From: Candidatus Dormiibacterota bacterium | Lineage (GTDB): Bacteria; Chloroflexota; Dormibacteria; DASZGP01 | Direction of reading: 5' to 3' | Assembly (NCBI GenBank): GCA_036824145.1 | Contig: DAITAT010000002.1 | Span: 929 to 64,928 of the forward strand | Length of the DNA: 64,000 bases | Part shown: positions 8,539 through 17,460 of the stretch, in pieces | Layout: each line of letters opens with the position of its first letter | Position numbering within the stretch: position 1 is the stretch's first letter | The notes under the pieces: generated by a model | What the model was told of the DNA's origin: nothing | Database searches by the model: none | The model's input: the letters and a program-made list of their open reading frames with translations, nothing else | Position numbers and translations under genes: made by a program

Positions 8539-9453
8539 TCAGGGGACGATGACCGAGATCGCGCTCGGCATAACTTCGAATACGGCGGGCAGGGTGCCGC
8601 ACATCTCGCCGTCGCCGTCGATGAGGACGCGCTCGTCGGAGGTGACCTCAACTCGACTCGATCGCCAGCCGGTGACCTTTGGATTCTTGACGTGGTCCCC
8701 CTTGTAAATGTCGTTGATTGATCTGATGGCTTCGAAGCGGGCGATGTCGCCGAAGATGACCAGATCGAACTGGCCGTCGTCCGGTTCCGCCCTGGGAGCC
8801 ACGTGCATGCTGCCGCCGAAGTACCGGCAATTCGCCACCACGACGTTCTGGGCCTTGCCCTCCCAGTTCTGCTCGGCCGTCTTGACCTGCACCGCCTGGG
8901 GCTTGTAAGTCAGCAGGGTGGCGATCGAGCAATACATGAAGCTGGCCTTGCCGCCGAACAGCTTTGTGGTTCGGTTGACCCGCTCCACGACCACGCCGCC
9001 GATGCCGGCGTCGGCGATGTTGACGAAGTGGCGGACCGTGCGGCCGCCATCGAGCGCCTCCATCTCGATGCGGCCGACGTCGATGGGGCGGAGTTTGCGG
9101 TTCTTGACGCAATCAATGGCGACCGCCAGTTCCATCGGGATCCCCAGGGTGCGCCGGAAGTCACCCCCGGTGCCGAAGGGCAGCAGCCCCAGGGCAGCCT
9201 CCGGGTGGGGCTGATCACCGGCGAAGAAGCCGTTGGCAACCTCGTTGAGAGTGCCGTCGCCGCCGACGGCCACGACGGTGTCGGCGCCGGACTTGAGGGC
9301 CCCGGCGGTGAGATCGGTGGCCTCGCCGGCTCGGGTCGTCACCAGCGCGGTGTGATCGAGACCAAGCTCGGTGATGCGGGCCGAGACCTCCGCCCAGCGC
9401 TTGCCGGTGCTGCCGTTGGCGGACGCCGGGTTTACGACGAAGACCGTCTTCAC
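8539..9453 (-). CDS. Diacylglycerol-kinase-family lipid kinase (YegS/BmrU-like)
   Basis: 304-aa ORF with GTG start and the DAGK catalytic-domain motif [13 protein letters not shown]. Confidence 0.8.
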   Translation of the reverse strand: MKTVFVVNPASANGSTGKRWAEVSARITELGLDHTALVTTRAGEATDLTAGALKSGADTVVAVGGDGTLNEVANGFFAGDQPHPEAALGLLPFGTGGDFRRTLGIPMELAVAIDCVKNRKLRPIDVGRIEMEALDGGRTVRHFVNIADAGIGGVVVERVNRTTKLFGGKASFMYCSIATLLTYKPQAVQVKTAEQNWEGKAQNVVVANCRYFGGSMHVAPRAEPDDGQFDLVIFGDIARFEAIRSINDIYKGDHVKNPKVTGWRSSRVEVTSDERVLIDGDGEMCGTLPAVFEVMPSAISVIVP

Positions 9454-9461
9454 AGCCGCGA

Positions 9462-9467
9462 ACTATA
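9462..9467 (-). promoter_or_regulatory. Candidate -10 box TATAGT, 8 nt upstream of the lipid-kinase GTG
   Basis: Minus strand reads TATAGT-TCGCGGCT-GTG within the 17-nt spacer after the ribF stop. No SD is present. Confidence 0.35.
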
Positions 9468-9470
9468 GCC

Positions 9471-10391
9471 TCAGCCGGCTTTGAGGATCCTGCGCGCCCG
9501 CGCCACGTCCTTGCCGATCTGCTTGACGAGCGCCTCCGGCGATTCGAACCGCTTCTCGTCGCGGATGCGCTGAACGAAGCGCACGCGGACGTCCTGGTGA
9601 TATATGTCGCCCTTGAAATCGAAGATGAAGGCCTCGACGGTGAGACGGTTCTCGCCGAACGTCGGGCGGTACCCCGCATTGAGAGCGCCTGGGTAAGCCT
9701 TGCCGCCGATGTCGACCCAGACCGCATAGACGCCGTTCTTGGGGACCAGCTTGTTGGGCGTGATGGCAAGGTTGGCGGTGGGAAAGCCGATGCGGCTGCC
9801 AGTCCCTGTGCCGTGCTCGACAAATGAGCTGATGGAGTAGTGGCGGCCGAGCAGCCGGGCGGCGTGGGCCACCTGACCTTCCTGCAGGAGCTCGCGGATC
9901 CGGGAGCTGCTGACGACATGACCTTCGGCGGAGTGCGGGGTGATCACCTCGACCGCGAAACCGTGATGCTCGCCGTAGTGCTCGAGGAAGGCGCGGTCGC
10001 CGCGGCGCCTGTGCCCCAACGCGAAGTCGTAGCCGATAACCAACCCCGAAAGCGGCAGCGAGGCTGTGGTCTTGTCCATGAACGCGGTGGCGGTCAGTTG
10101 CGAGAGGCGGTGGGTGAAGGGCATCACCACCAGGTGATCGACGCCCAGCTCCGTCAGGACGGCGGCCTTCTCGTCGACGGTGGTGAGGCTCAGCGGACAG
10201 GTGTCGGGGGCGAGCACACACCGCGGATGCGGGTCGAAGGTCATGACGGCGGTCGGCGCCCCCTGGCGACGCGCCGACTGGAGGAGCCGCCGCACCACCT
10301 TGACGTGGCCGCGATGAACGCCGTCGAAGCTGCCGATTGTGAGCCAGCCGCGTGGCAGCGGGGGCTTTGGCAGATCGAAATGAGTCTCCAT
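9471..10391 (-). CDS. ribF: Bifunctional riboflavin kinase / FMN adenylyltransferase
   Basis: 306-aa ORF. The N-terminal part carries the FAD synthetase motif IGSFDGVHRGH. The C-terminal part carries riboflavin kinase motifs (IGFPTANL, EAFIFDFKGDIY). Confidence 0.9.
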   Translation of the reverse strand: METHFDLPKPPLPRGWLTIGSFDGVHRGHVKVVRRLLQSARRQGAPTAVMTFDPHPRCVLAPDTCPLSLTTVDEKAAVLTELGVDHLVVMPFTHRLSQLTATAFMDKTTASLPLSGLVIGYDFALGHRRRGDRAFLEHYGEHHGFAVEVITPHSAEGHVVSSSRIRELLQEGQVAHAARLLGRHYSISSFVEHGTGTGSRIGFPTANLAITPNKLVPKNGVYAVWVDIGGKAYPGALNAGYRPTFGENRLTVEAFIFDFKGDIYHQDVRVRFVQRIRDEKRFESPEALVKQIGKDVARARRILKAG

Positions 10392-11269
10392 CAGGCCTCC
10401 ACCAGGCGGTGTGGGTGGAACTGGCCGCCGAGCACCCGGCCGAGTGCCAGGACCCGGCCGGCGGCGTCGGTGGCGTAAGCGTGGGGCAGTGCCGCCACGG
10501 CGACGGGCACGCCACGACCTAGCCGCAGATCGGAAAACGACGTCTCCCCGACCCGGACTGAGGGCACCCCGGCCATCGCCTCACCGCTCGGGCGCACGAA
10601 GGCGCCGAGGTCGGCGCCGGCGGCCTCAAGGTCGGCCATCGGGATCGCGTCCTCGAGCTTGAGGCCACCGACCCGGGTGCGCTGCAGCCAGGCCAGGTGA
10701 GCGCGGGTCCCCAGCGCGAGGCCCAGGTCGCGAGCCAGGGCGCGTACGTAGAAGCCGGGTCCGCACTCCACCTCGACCACCGCCAGCGGCCCCTCCGCCT
10801 CGGCCCGAAGCTCAACCAACCGGTTGGAGTCGACCCTCACGGTGCGCGCCGGCGGCGGCTCCAGGTCGCCGCGCCGAGCCCGCCGGTAGCTGCGCTCCCC
10901 CTGCACCTTGACCGCGGAGAACACCGGCGGGCACTGCTCGATATCGCCGACGAAAGCTTCCAGCGCGGTCGCGATCGTCCCCGAGTCGATCCCGCGCGGG
11001 ACCTCGGTGGGACTCAGTTCGCCTTCAGCATCGTCGGTGTCGCTCCCCGCGCCAAGCCGGATGCCGGCTCGATAGGTCTTGCCCTGGCGCGAGAGGTACT
11101 CCGCCAGCACCGTCGCCCGCCCCAGGAAGATCGGGAGCACGCCTGTCGCCGACGGGTCGAGGGTGCCGCCGTGACCAATGCGCTTGACGCCGCTGCTCCG
11201 GCGCAGCCTCCCCACCACGGCCGCCGATGTCAGCCCCGCCGGCTTGTCGACGTCGAGGATCCCCGTCAG
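10391..11269 (-). CDS. truB: tRNA pseudouridine(55) synthase
   Basis: The catalytic-Asp motif HGGTLDPSATG is present. The conserved N-terminal motif GILDVDKPAGLTS is encoded in frame upstream of the first canonical start (GTG 11218). The start is therefore placed at CTG 11269..11267, and this 5' end is uncertain. Confidence 0.85.
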   Translation of the reverse strand: MTGILDVDKPAGLTSAAVVGRLRRSSGVKRIGHGGTLDPSATGVLPIFLGRATVLAEYLSRQGKTYRAGIRLGAGSDTDDAEGELSPTEVPRGIDSGTIATALEAFVGDIEQCPPVFSAVKVQGERSYRRARRGDLEPPPARTVRVDSNRLVELRAEAEGPLAVVEVECGPGFYVRALARDLGLALGTRAHLAWLQRTRVGGLKLEDAIPMADLEAAGADLGAFVRPSGEAMAGVPSVRVGETSFSDLRLGRGVPVAVAALPHAYATDAAGRVLALGRVLGGQFHPHRLVEA

Positions 11270-11285
11270 GGTCGGCGCGGACGCC

Positions 11286-12260
11286 TCAGCTGTTGGAATC
11301 GGAGATCATCCCCCGGGCTTCGGCCAGGATCGACTCCATCGCCTCCGCCAGGGGCATATCCAGTTCCACGCCGGCAGCGCGCTCGTGTCCGCCGCCGCCG
11401 AACTTGCTGGCCAGCACATTGGCATTGGCCCGGCCGCGACTGCGGATCGAGACCTTGGTCAGCCGGTTGGGCTCGATCTCTTTGAAGAAAAGTGCCAGTT
11501 CGAGGCCGTCGACGCTGTTGAGCATGTCGATCATGCCGTCAGCCTCCTCCATCAGGGCGCCGGATTTCTCCAGCAGCGCCTGGGAGGCGAAGGCGTGCAC
11601 CAGCCGGTCGTCGCAGTCGAAGCCGACGGTTGCCATCACCAAGGCCTGCAGTTTGATCGAGCTGAGCTTCTTGTTCTTGTAGACGCGAGTTGCGATGTCG
11701 GCAGGGTCGGCCCCAAGAGCCACCAGCTCGGCAGCGATGGAGAGCGTGTTGTAGGTGGTGTTCTCGTGGCGGAAGCTGCCGGTGTCCGTGAGCACGCCGC
11801 AGTAGAGGTTGGTGGCGGCCGACGGCGAGATCTCGACCCCCCACTCTCGGAAGAGGTTGTAGGTGACCTCTGCGGTGGAGCTGGCCTCAGGGACCACCAG
11901 GTTGAGTCCCCCGAACATGCTGTTGCTCACGTGGTGGTCGATGTTGACGATGGGTGTTCCCGCCGCCGGTTGTCCGAGGCTGTCCGAGACACGGTCGAGG
12001 TTGCTCGCGTCCATGACCAGGATCAGGTCGGGCGGTTTGCCCCCCTCCTGGTTGATGATCTCGAACCCGGGCAGGAACGAATACAGCTGAGGCACCGGCG
12101 GGGGAACTCGCATGGCCACGTTCTTGCCCCTCGCCCGCAGGATGTCGCACATCGCCAGGGCCGAGCCCAGAGTATCGCCGTCGGCGTCCTTGTGCGAGAC
12201 CGCCAGCACATCGTGGCTGGCGTCGATCAGGCGCAGAATTTCGGCTGCCTCAGCCTTCAT
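11286..12260 (-). CDS. nrnA: DHH/DHHA1 phosphoesterase (NrnA-like oligoribonuclease/pAp phosphatase)
   Basis: 324-aa ORF with DHH motif (VNIDHHVSN) and DHHA1 GGGH motif (KFGGGGHERAAG). It sits between rbfA and truB. Confidence 0.8.
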   Translation of the reverse strand: MKAEAAEILRLIDASHDVLAVSHKDADGDTLGSALAMCDILRARGKNVAMRVPPPVPQLYSFLPGFEIINQEGGKPPDLILVMDASNLDRVSDSLGQPAAGTPIVNIDHHVSNSMFGGLNLVVPEASSTAEVTYNLFREWGVEISPSAATNLYCGVLTDTGSFRHENTTYNTLSIAAELVALGADPADIATRVYKNKKLSSIKLQALVMATVGFDCDDRLVHAFASQALLEKSGALMEEADGMIDMLNSVDGLELALFFKEIEPNRLTKVSIRSRGRANANVLASKFGGGGHERAAGVELDMPLAEAMESILAEARGMISDSNS

Positions 12261-12609
12261 TGCCCTCTTCCTTGTGGATCCGCTGGATGACCTCGGCGAT
12301 GTGGGTGGCGTACTCCGTGTTGCGGTCGTCTATGAACTGCAGCTCGGGGATCCGGCGCAGGTTGCGCATCTCGGCGGCAAGCTCTCGCCGGATAAAGCCG
12401 CGGGCGTGGCCGAGGGCCGCCATCGCCTCTCCCCTCTCGGGCTCGTCGCCGAGAGCGCTGACGTGGACTTTGGCGTTGCGTAAGTCGGGCGAGAGGTCTA
12501 CGCGGATGACGCTGACCAGGGTGAGCCTGGGATCGCTGAGACGGCGCCCGAGGATGCCGCTGATCTCATCGCGCAGCTGCGCCGCGACCTTGTCGACACG
12601 AACCGACAT
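12250..12609 (-). CDS. rbfA: Ribosome-binding factor A
   Basis: 119-aa ORF with GGAGGTGAG upstream. The segment RLSDPRLTLVSVIRVDLSPDLRNAKVHVS is typical RbfA. It lies immediately downstream of infB. Confidence 0.9.
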   Translation of the reverse strand: MSVRVDKVAAQLRDEISGILGRRLSDPRLTLVSVIRVDLSPDLRNAKVHVSALGDEPERGEAMAALGHARGFIRRELAAEMRNLRRIPELQFIDDRNTEYATHIAEVIQRIHKEEGNEG

Positions 12610-12636
12610 CTCACCTCCGACCCCTCGCTTTGGAGC

Positions 12637-14592
12637 TTACGGGTTCTCCTGCTCGAGTATGAATGACTCGATCGTGTCCCCTTCCTGGAACTCCTGGAAG
12701 CCTTCCAGCTCGATGCCGCACTCGAATCCCTGGGCCACTTCGCGGACGTCGTCCTTGAAGCGCTTGAGACTCGAGATCTTGGTCTCAATGAGCAGCTCCT
12801 TGCCCCTGTAGACCTTGGCCACCGAGTTGCGTGAGACCTTGCCCTCCGATACCTGGGAGCCGGCGATGAAGCCGATCTTGGGGACCTTGATCGGCACTTT
12901 GATCTCGGCCTTGCCCTCCCAGACCTCTCTGAAGGTGGGCTCGTACATGCCCTTGATGGCCTTCTCGATGTCCTCGGTGAGGTGGTAGACGACGTCGTAG
13001 GTGCGGATCTCGACCTTCTGGGCCTCGGCGGCGGCCGCGGCCTTCTCGTCGACCTTGACGTTGAAGGCGATCACCATGGCCTCGCTGGCGGCGGCCAGGT
13101 TGACGTCGGACTCACCGACATTGCCCACGCCCTCGAAGACGACCTGAATGCGGACCTTGGCGTCCTGGATACGGGTGATCGAACCCTTGAGTGCCTCCAT
13201 CGAGCCGTGGCTGTCGGCCTTGACGACCAGGTTGAGGTCCTTGACCCCGCCTTGCTGAAGCTGGGCGTAGAGGTCCTCCAGCCGCTGCTTGGGGGCAGCT
13301 GCGACCTGGGCCTTGCGAGTGGTCTCGGCGCGTTGGTCGGCGATCACCCGCGCCGTCCGCTCGGAGTCGACTACCTCGAGGATGTCGCCGGCGTTGGGCA
13401 CGTCAGGGAGCCCGGTCACTACGGCCGGCTGCCCGGGGGCGGCCTGTTCGATCTTGTTGCCGTCCTCGTCGAGGAGGGCGCGAACCCGCCCGTTGATGGC
13501 GCCGATGACGAAAGGGTCGCCGACTCGCAGGGTGCCCGTTTGCACCAGCACGGTGGCCACCGGGCCACGGCCGCGCTCGAGGTGGGCGTCAATGATGGTG
13601 CCGGCCGCCGGCTTGTCAGGGTTGGCCTTGAGGTCGGCGATCTCGATCACGAGCAGGATCATCTCGAGCAGCTCGTCGAGACCGACCCTGTCTTTGGCTG
13701 ACACCGGGACCATCGGCACCTCGCCGCCGTACTCCTCGATCTGGACGCCGTTATCGGCCAGCTCGCCCTTGACCTTGTCGGGGTTGGCGTTGTCCTTGTC
13801 GATCTTGTTGAGGGCAACGATCAGGGGCACCCCGGCGGCCTTGATGTGCTGGATGGCCTCCTTGGTCTGGGGCATGACGCCATCGTCGGCCGCCACCACC
13901 AGCACGGCGACGTCGGTGATCGAGGCGCCGCGGGCGCGCATCGCGGTGAAGGCCTCGTGGCCCGGGGTGTCGATGAAGGTGATCGGCTTGCCATTCTTCT
14001 CGACCTGGTAGGCGCCGACGCGCTGGGTGATACCGCCGGCCTCCCCGGCGGCAACCTTGGCCTGCCGGATGGCGTCGAGGATGCTGGTCTTGCCATGGTC
14101 GACGTGGCCCATGACGGTCACCACCGGCGGGCGCGGCTTGAGCTTGCTCGCGTCATCGGTGTCGGTGCTGAAGAGCTCCGACTTGGGTGTGGCCGTCGAC
14201 GCCGTCGCCCCGTTGGACCCGGCGATGGCGTCCTCAGGCTTGGCCGCAACCGCGGTGACGCCGAAGTTGTCGGCAACGATGGCCGCGGTCTCGAAGTCGA
14301 TCTGCTGGTTGATGGTGGTGGCGATTCCGTTCTTGAAGAGGTCCTTGATGATGTCGACCGACCCCACCTTCAGGTAGTCGGCCAGCTCCCGAACGGTCAG
14401 CGTGGGCGGCAGCTCGACGTCGGTTGGGCGCCCGGGCACGTCGCGGACGTGGGCACCGCCAGTCTCGAAGTACTTGCGGACCTCGTCTTCGACCTCGGAA
14501 GGCAGCTGGGCACCAGTGTGCGTGAACGGTTGGTTGCGCTCACGCAACCAACTCAGAACCGCACGGGGCTCCTGGTTGAGCTCCCGTGCCAA
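12637..14592 (-). CDS. infB: Translation initiation factor IF-2 (short form)
   Basis: 651-aa ORF from TTG 14592. GTPase motifs are present ([21 protein letters not shown]). IF2_N-like residues GIRVGQ are encoded in frame just upstream of the TTG, so the exact start is uncertain. Confidence 0.95.
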   Translation of the reverse strand: MARELNQEPRAVLSWLRERNQPFTHTGAQLPSEVEDEVRKYFETGGAHVRDVPGRPTDVELPPTLTVRELADYLKVGSVDIIKDLFKNGIATTINQQIDFETAAIVADNFGVTAVAAKPEDAIAGSNGATASTATPKSELFSTDTDDASKLKPRPPVVTVMGHVDHGKTSILDAIRQAKVAAGEAGGITQRVGAYQVEKNGKPITFIDTPGHEAFTAMRARGASITDVAVLVVAADDGVMPQTKEAIQHIKAAGVPLIVALNKIDKDNANPDKVKGELADNGVQIEEYGGEVPMVPVSAKDRVGLDELLEMILLVIEIADLKANPDKPAAGTIIDAHLERGRGPVATVLVQTGTLRVGDPFVIGAINGRVRALLDEDGNKIEQAAPGQPAVVTGLPDVPNAGDILEVVDSERTARVIADQRAETTRKAQVAAAPKQRLEDLYAQLQQGGVKDLNLVVKADSHGSMEALKGSITRIQDAKVRIQVVFEGVGNVGESDVNLAAASEAMVIAFNVKVDEKAAAAAEAQKVEIRTYDVVYHLTEDIEKAIKGMYEPTFREVWEGKAEIKVPIKVPKIGFIAGSQVSEGKVSRNSVAKVYRGKELLIETKISSLKRFKDDVREVAQGFECGIELEGFQEFQEGDTIESFILEQENP

Positions 14593-14626
14593 CTGACCTA
14601 CCCGGATTCCGCGCGCCGGACCGCGT

Positions 14627-14929
14627 CTAGCTCTTGGGATGGGATGCCTCCATCAATGGGCCTGGTGGCCGCAAATCCAGCAGATTCTGCCACGCTGTCG
14701 AATCGAGCCGAACTGAGAGGGCTCGCTCCAGACCGCGCCGTCGTTCCGCCAGGATCCAGCAGGTTTCGTCGGGGCAGAGATAGGCGCCGCGGCCATTGAG
14801 CTTACCGCTCGGGTCGACAACCACCTCGCCTGAAGGTTGGCGAACCAGCCGGACGAGTTCGCGCTTGGGTCTTGCGGTACGGCAGCCGACGCAGGTGCGC
14901 GTGGGCAGCTTCGACTCATTCGGGCTCAT
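14627..14929 (-). CDS. ylxR: YlxR/DUF448 family RNA-binding protein
   Basis: 100-aa ORF with RTCVGCR...GRGAYLC. It is in the canonical position between nusA and infB. Confidence 0.85.
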   Translation of the reverse strand: MSPNESKLPTRTCVGCRTARPKRELVRLVRQPSGEVVVDPSGKLNGRGAYLCPDETCWILAERRRGLERALSVRLDSTAWQNLLDLRPPGPLMEASHPKS

Positions 14930-14935
14930 GCCCGA

Positions 14936-15982
14936 TTATTCCCCAGCCAGACCGGATTCAATCGCGGCGGCTTCCGCCTCTACCTCGACCTCTCCGTCGG
15001 CCTCGCCCTTGATGTCGATCCGCCAACCGGTCAACCTCGCCGCCAGGCGGGCGTTCTGGCCGTCTTTACCGATCGCCAGCGAGAGATGCGACGCGGGCAC
15101 CATCACGGTGGCGGTCCGGGTGTCGACATCGATGCTAACTGAGTTGACGCGCGCGGGCCCCAGGGCATTGGCCACGAGCTGGTTGGGCTGGTCCGACCAC
15201 TCCACGATATCGACCCGCTCGCCCGCCAGCTCCTCGCGGATGGCGTGGTTGCGGGAGCCTTTGGGCCCCACGCATGCGCCCACCGGATCGAGGCCCTCCT
15301 CACTGGAGTCGACCGCGACCTTGGTTCGCAACCCGGCTTCGCGCGCAAGAGCTTTGACCACCACCGCCCCGCTGAGGATTTCGGGAACCTCGAACTCGAG
15401 CAGCCGCTTGACCAGCCCGCGGTTGGCCCGCGAGACGACCTGGTTGGGACCGCGCTTGCCGACCCGGGGCTCCAGCAGCAGCACCTTGAGTCGCTGCCCC
15501 GCGTGGTAGCTCTCGTGGGGGATCTGCTCCTCGGGCGGCAACATCGCTTCAGCGCCGCCCGGGGTGCTGCCGGAGTCGGTCTTGACGAAGACCATGTCGC
15601 CATCGACGCGGTCGACCACCGCTGACGCCAGCTCGCCCTGATGGCGCAGGGCATCCCGGAAGAGCTGCTCGCGCTCGGCGTCACGGAGGCGGCTGAAGAT
15701 GATCTTGCGGGCGGTGGTTGCGGCGCTGGCCTGGAACTGCTCGGGCGCGATCGGCTGGTAGCCGCCGGCCTCGTGGATGCCGGCGCGCAGTTCGCCGGTG
15801 GTGGTGTCGATGCGGACCTCGACCTCGCCCTCGGGCTCATGTCGCTGACGGTAGGCCTCCGCGAGGGCCTGCTCGACCACCTCCAACAGCGCGTCCTTGG
15901 AGAACCCCTTCTCTTGCTGGAGCTGGTCCAGGGCCGCCAGCAGGTCGCCGAAGGCGATGCCCGCTCCCGTGTCGTGCGTCAT
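14936..15982 (-). CDS. nusA: Transcription termination/antitermination factor NusA (short form without C-terminal AR repeats)
   Basis: 348-aa ORF with N-terminal, S1 and two KH regions (VGACVGPKGSRNHAI, LAIGKDGQNARLAARLTGWRIDI). Its ATG overlaps the rimP stop (ATGA). Confidence 0.95.
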   Translation of the reverse strand: MTHDTGAGIAFGDLLAALDQLQQEKGFSKDALLEVVEQALAEAYRQRHEPEGEVEVRIDTTTGELRAGIHEAGGYQPIAPEQFQASAATTARKIIFSRLRDAEREQLFRDALRHQGELASAVVDRVDGDMVFVKTDSGSTPGGAEAMLPPEEQIPHESYHAGQRLKVLLLEPRVGKRGPNQVVSRANRGLVKRLLEFEVPEILSGAVVVKALAREAGLRTKVAVDSSEEGLDPVGACVGPKGSRNHAIREELAGERVDIVEWSDQPNQLVANALGPARVNSVSIDVDTRTATVMVPASHLSLAIGKDGQNARLAARLTGWRIDIKGEADGEVEVEAEAAAIESGLAGE

Positions 15983-16497
15983 CCGGCGCCTCGATGGCGA
16001 TGTGGCCGATCATCCTCGCCGAACCGGACCGCCAGCCGAGCCGCCAGCAACGAGCCCACCGGCACATCGGTCGAGCTGTCCCTGGGTCCCGCGATCGTGA
16101 GGGCGTCGTCGGTGACGCGCAGAAGGATGCCCTCGAGCACCCTTTCGGCATCGCCGTGACCAAAACGGACGTTCACGCGCTGGCCGATGAAGCTCAGGTA
16201 GTCGGGCATCCCTCGGAGCTCTCGCTCGGCGCCGGGTGATGAGACCTCGAGATCCACGTCGGCCAGGCCGACCTCGGGATCGTCGAGCAACGGGCGCAGC
16301 GCGCGCGAGACCCGGGTGCAGCGTTCGATGTCCACGCCGCCGGGGGTGTCGATGTAAACGCGCAGCAGGCGGTGCCCCGGAGAGCCGGCCAGTCCGATCT
16401 CCCATAACTCGCAGTCCAGGCTGGCCACGGCGGCCTCGACCACGGTCCGGATCCGGTCCACCACGACGGCCGGTCTATCCATATCTATTGACAGCAT
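15979..16497 (-). CDS. rimP: Ribosome maturation factor RimP
   Basis: 172-aa ORF directly upstream of nusA. The segments LLRVYIDTPGGVDIERCTRVSRAL and LEVSSPGAEREL are RimP-like. Confidence 0.85.
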   Translation of the reverse strand: MLSIDMDRPAVVVDRIRTVVEAAVASLDCELWEIGLAGSPGHRLLRVYIDTPGGVDIERCTRVSRALRPLLDDPEVGLADVDLEVSSPGAERELRGMPDYLSFIGQRVNVRFGHGDAERVLEGILLRVTDDALTIAGPRDSSTDVPVGSLLAARLAVRFGEDDRPHRHRGAG

Positions 16498-16515
16498 CGC
16501 TGATATTCAGCCCGG

Positions 16516-17460
16516 CTAGCGGCGCGTTGTCTCCCAATCGCGCCAGGCCACCAGGAGCGGGCTGGCGTTGAAGATCGAGGAGTAAGTACCGCTGACGATG
16601 CCGATCAGCAGCGCCAGGGCGAAGCCCTTGATCGATTGGGGCGCCAGCAGCAGCAACGCGAGCAGCACGAAGAGGACGGTCAGTGATGTGTTGAGTGACC
16701 TCGCCAGCGACTGCACGATCGACAGGTTGACCACCGCCTCGAAATTTTGCCGCAAGAGCCGCTGCGCGCCACCAAAGCGCAGGTTCTCGCGAATCCTGTC
16801 GAAGATGACGATGGTGTCGTGGACCGAGAAGCCGACCACCGTCAGCACCGCGGTCACAAAGAGCAGGTCGACCTCACCGATGGCCAGGTTGAAGACCTTG
16901 CCCAGGATCGAGAAGATGCCGGTAAGGACGAAGACGTCGTGAAGCAGCGCGATGATGGCGCTGACAGCGAACTTCCAGCGCCCCACCCCAGGGACTGAGA
17001 AGCGCAGCGCAAGGTAGACCACGATACCGAACGACGCCAGGGTGATCAGAACCGCCGTTGTCACGACGGCCTGGCCGGCGATCTCGGGTCCGACGACGTC
17101 GAACGTCTCGACCGCCTGTCCCCCATTTGGCGGGGGCCCGAACTTGCTGTTGAGGTCGTCGCGGATGGTCTGGTCCTGGGGCTTCTGGCCGACGGGCGCG
17201 GTACCGCTCAGAGGCTTGGTGGTGATGATGACGCGGTTGCTGCTCGCGTCCTGGACGATGGCGTTGACCTGGAACGTGTCTATCTCTTTCTGCACGTCAG
17301 CAGCGCTGACGCCGTTCTTGTAGTGGAGGGTGATCCGGTTGCCACCGCTGAACGCTATCCCCAGCCGGAAGCCGACGGTGGCCATCGAGATGATTCCCGG
17401 GATGATGATCAGCAGCGAGAGCAGGAAGAAGTAGTTCCGCTTGGCAATGATGTCCTTCAC
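16516..17460 (-). CDS. secF: Protein translocase subunit SecF
   Basis: 314-aa polytopic membrane ORF. Its GTG start overlaps the secD stop (GTGA). The C-terminal six-TM SecD/SecF domain is present. Confidence 0.9.
   Translation of the reverse strand: MKDIIAKRNYFFLLSLLIIIPGIISMATVGFRLGIAFSGGNRITLHYKNGVSAADVQKEIDTFQVNAIVQDASSNRVIITTKPLSGTAPVGQKPQDQTIRDDLNSKFGPPPNGGQAVETFDVVGPEIAGQAVVTTAVLITLASFGIVVYLALRFSVPGVGRWKFAVSAIIALLHDVFVLTGIFSILGKVFNLAIGEVDLLFVTAVLTVVGFSVHDTIVIFDRIRENLRFGGAQRLLRQNFEAVVNLSIVQSLARSLNTSLTVLFVLLALLLLAPQSIKGFALALLIGIVSGTYSSIFNASPLLVAWRDWETTRR

Noticed and set aside
16498-16515. GAATAT 5 nt upstream of the rimP ATG, considered as another leaderless-type -10
   Set aside because: It does not fit T-A-N-N-N-T because the first base is G, and the spacing is shorter than in the other cases. 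It is too weak to call.
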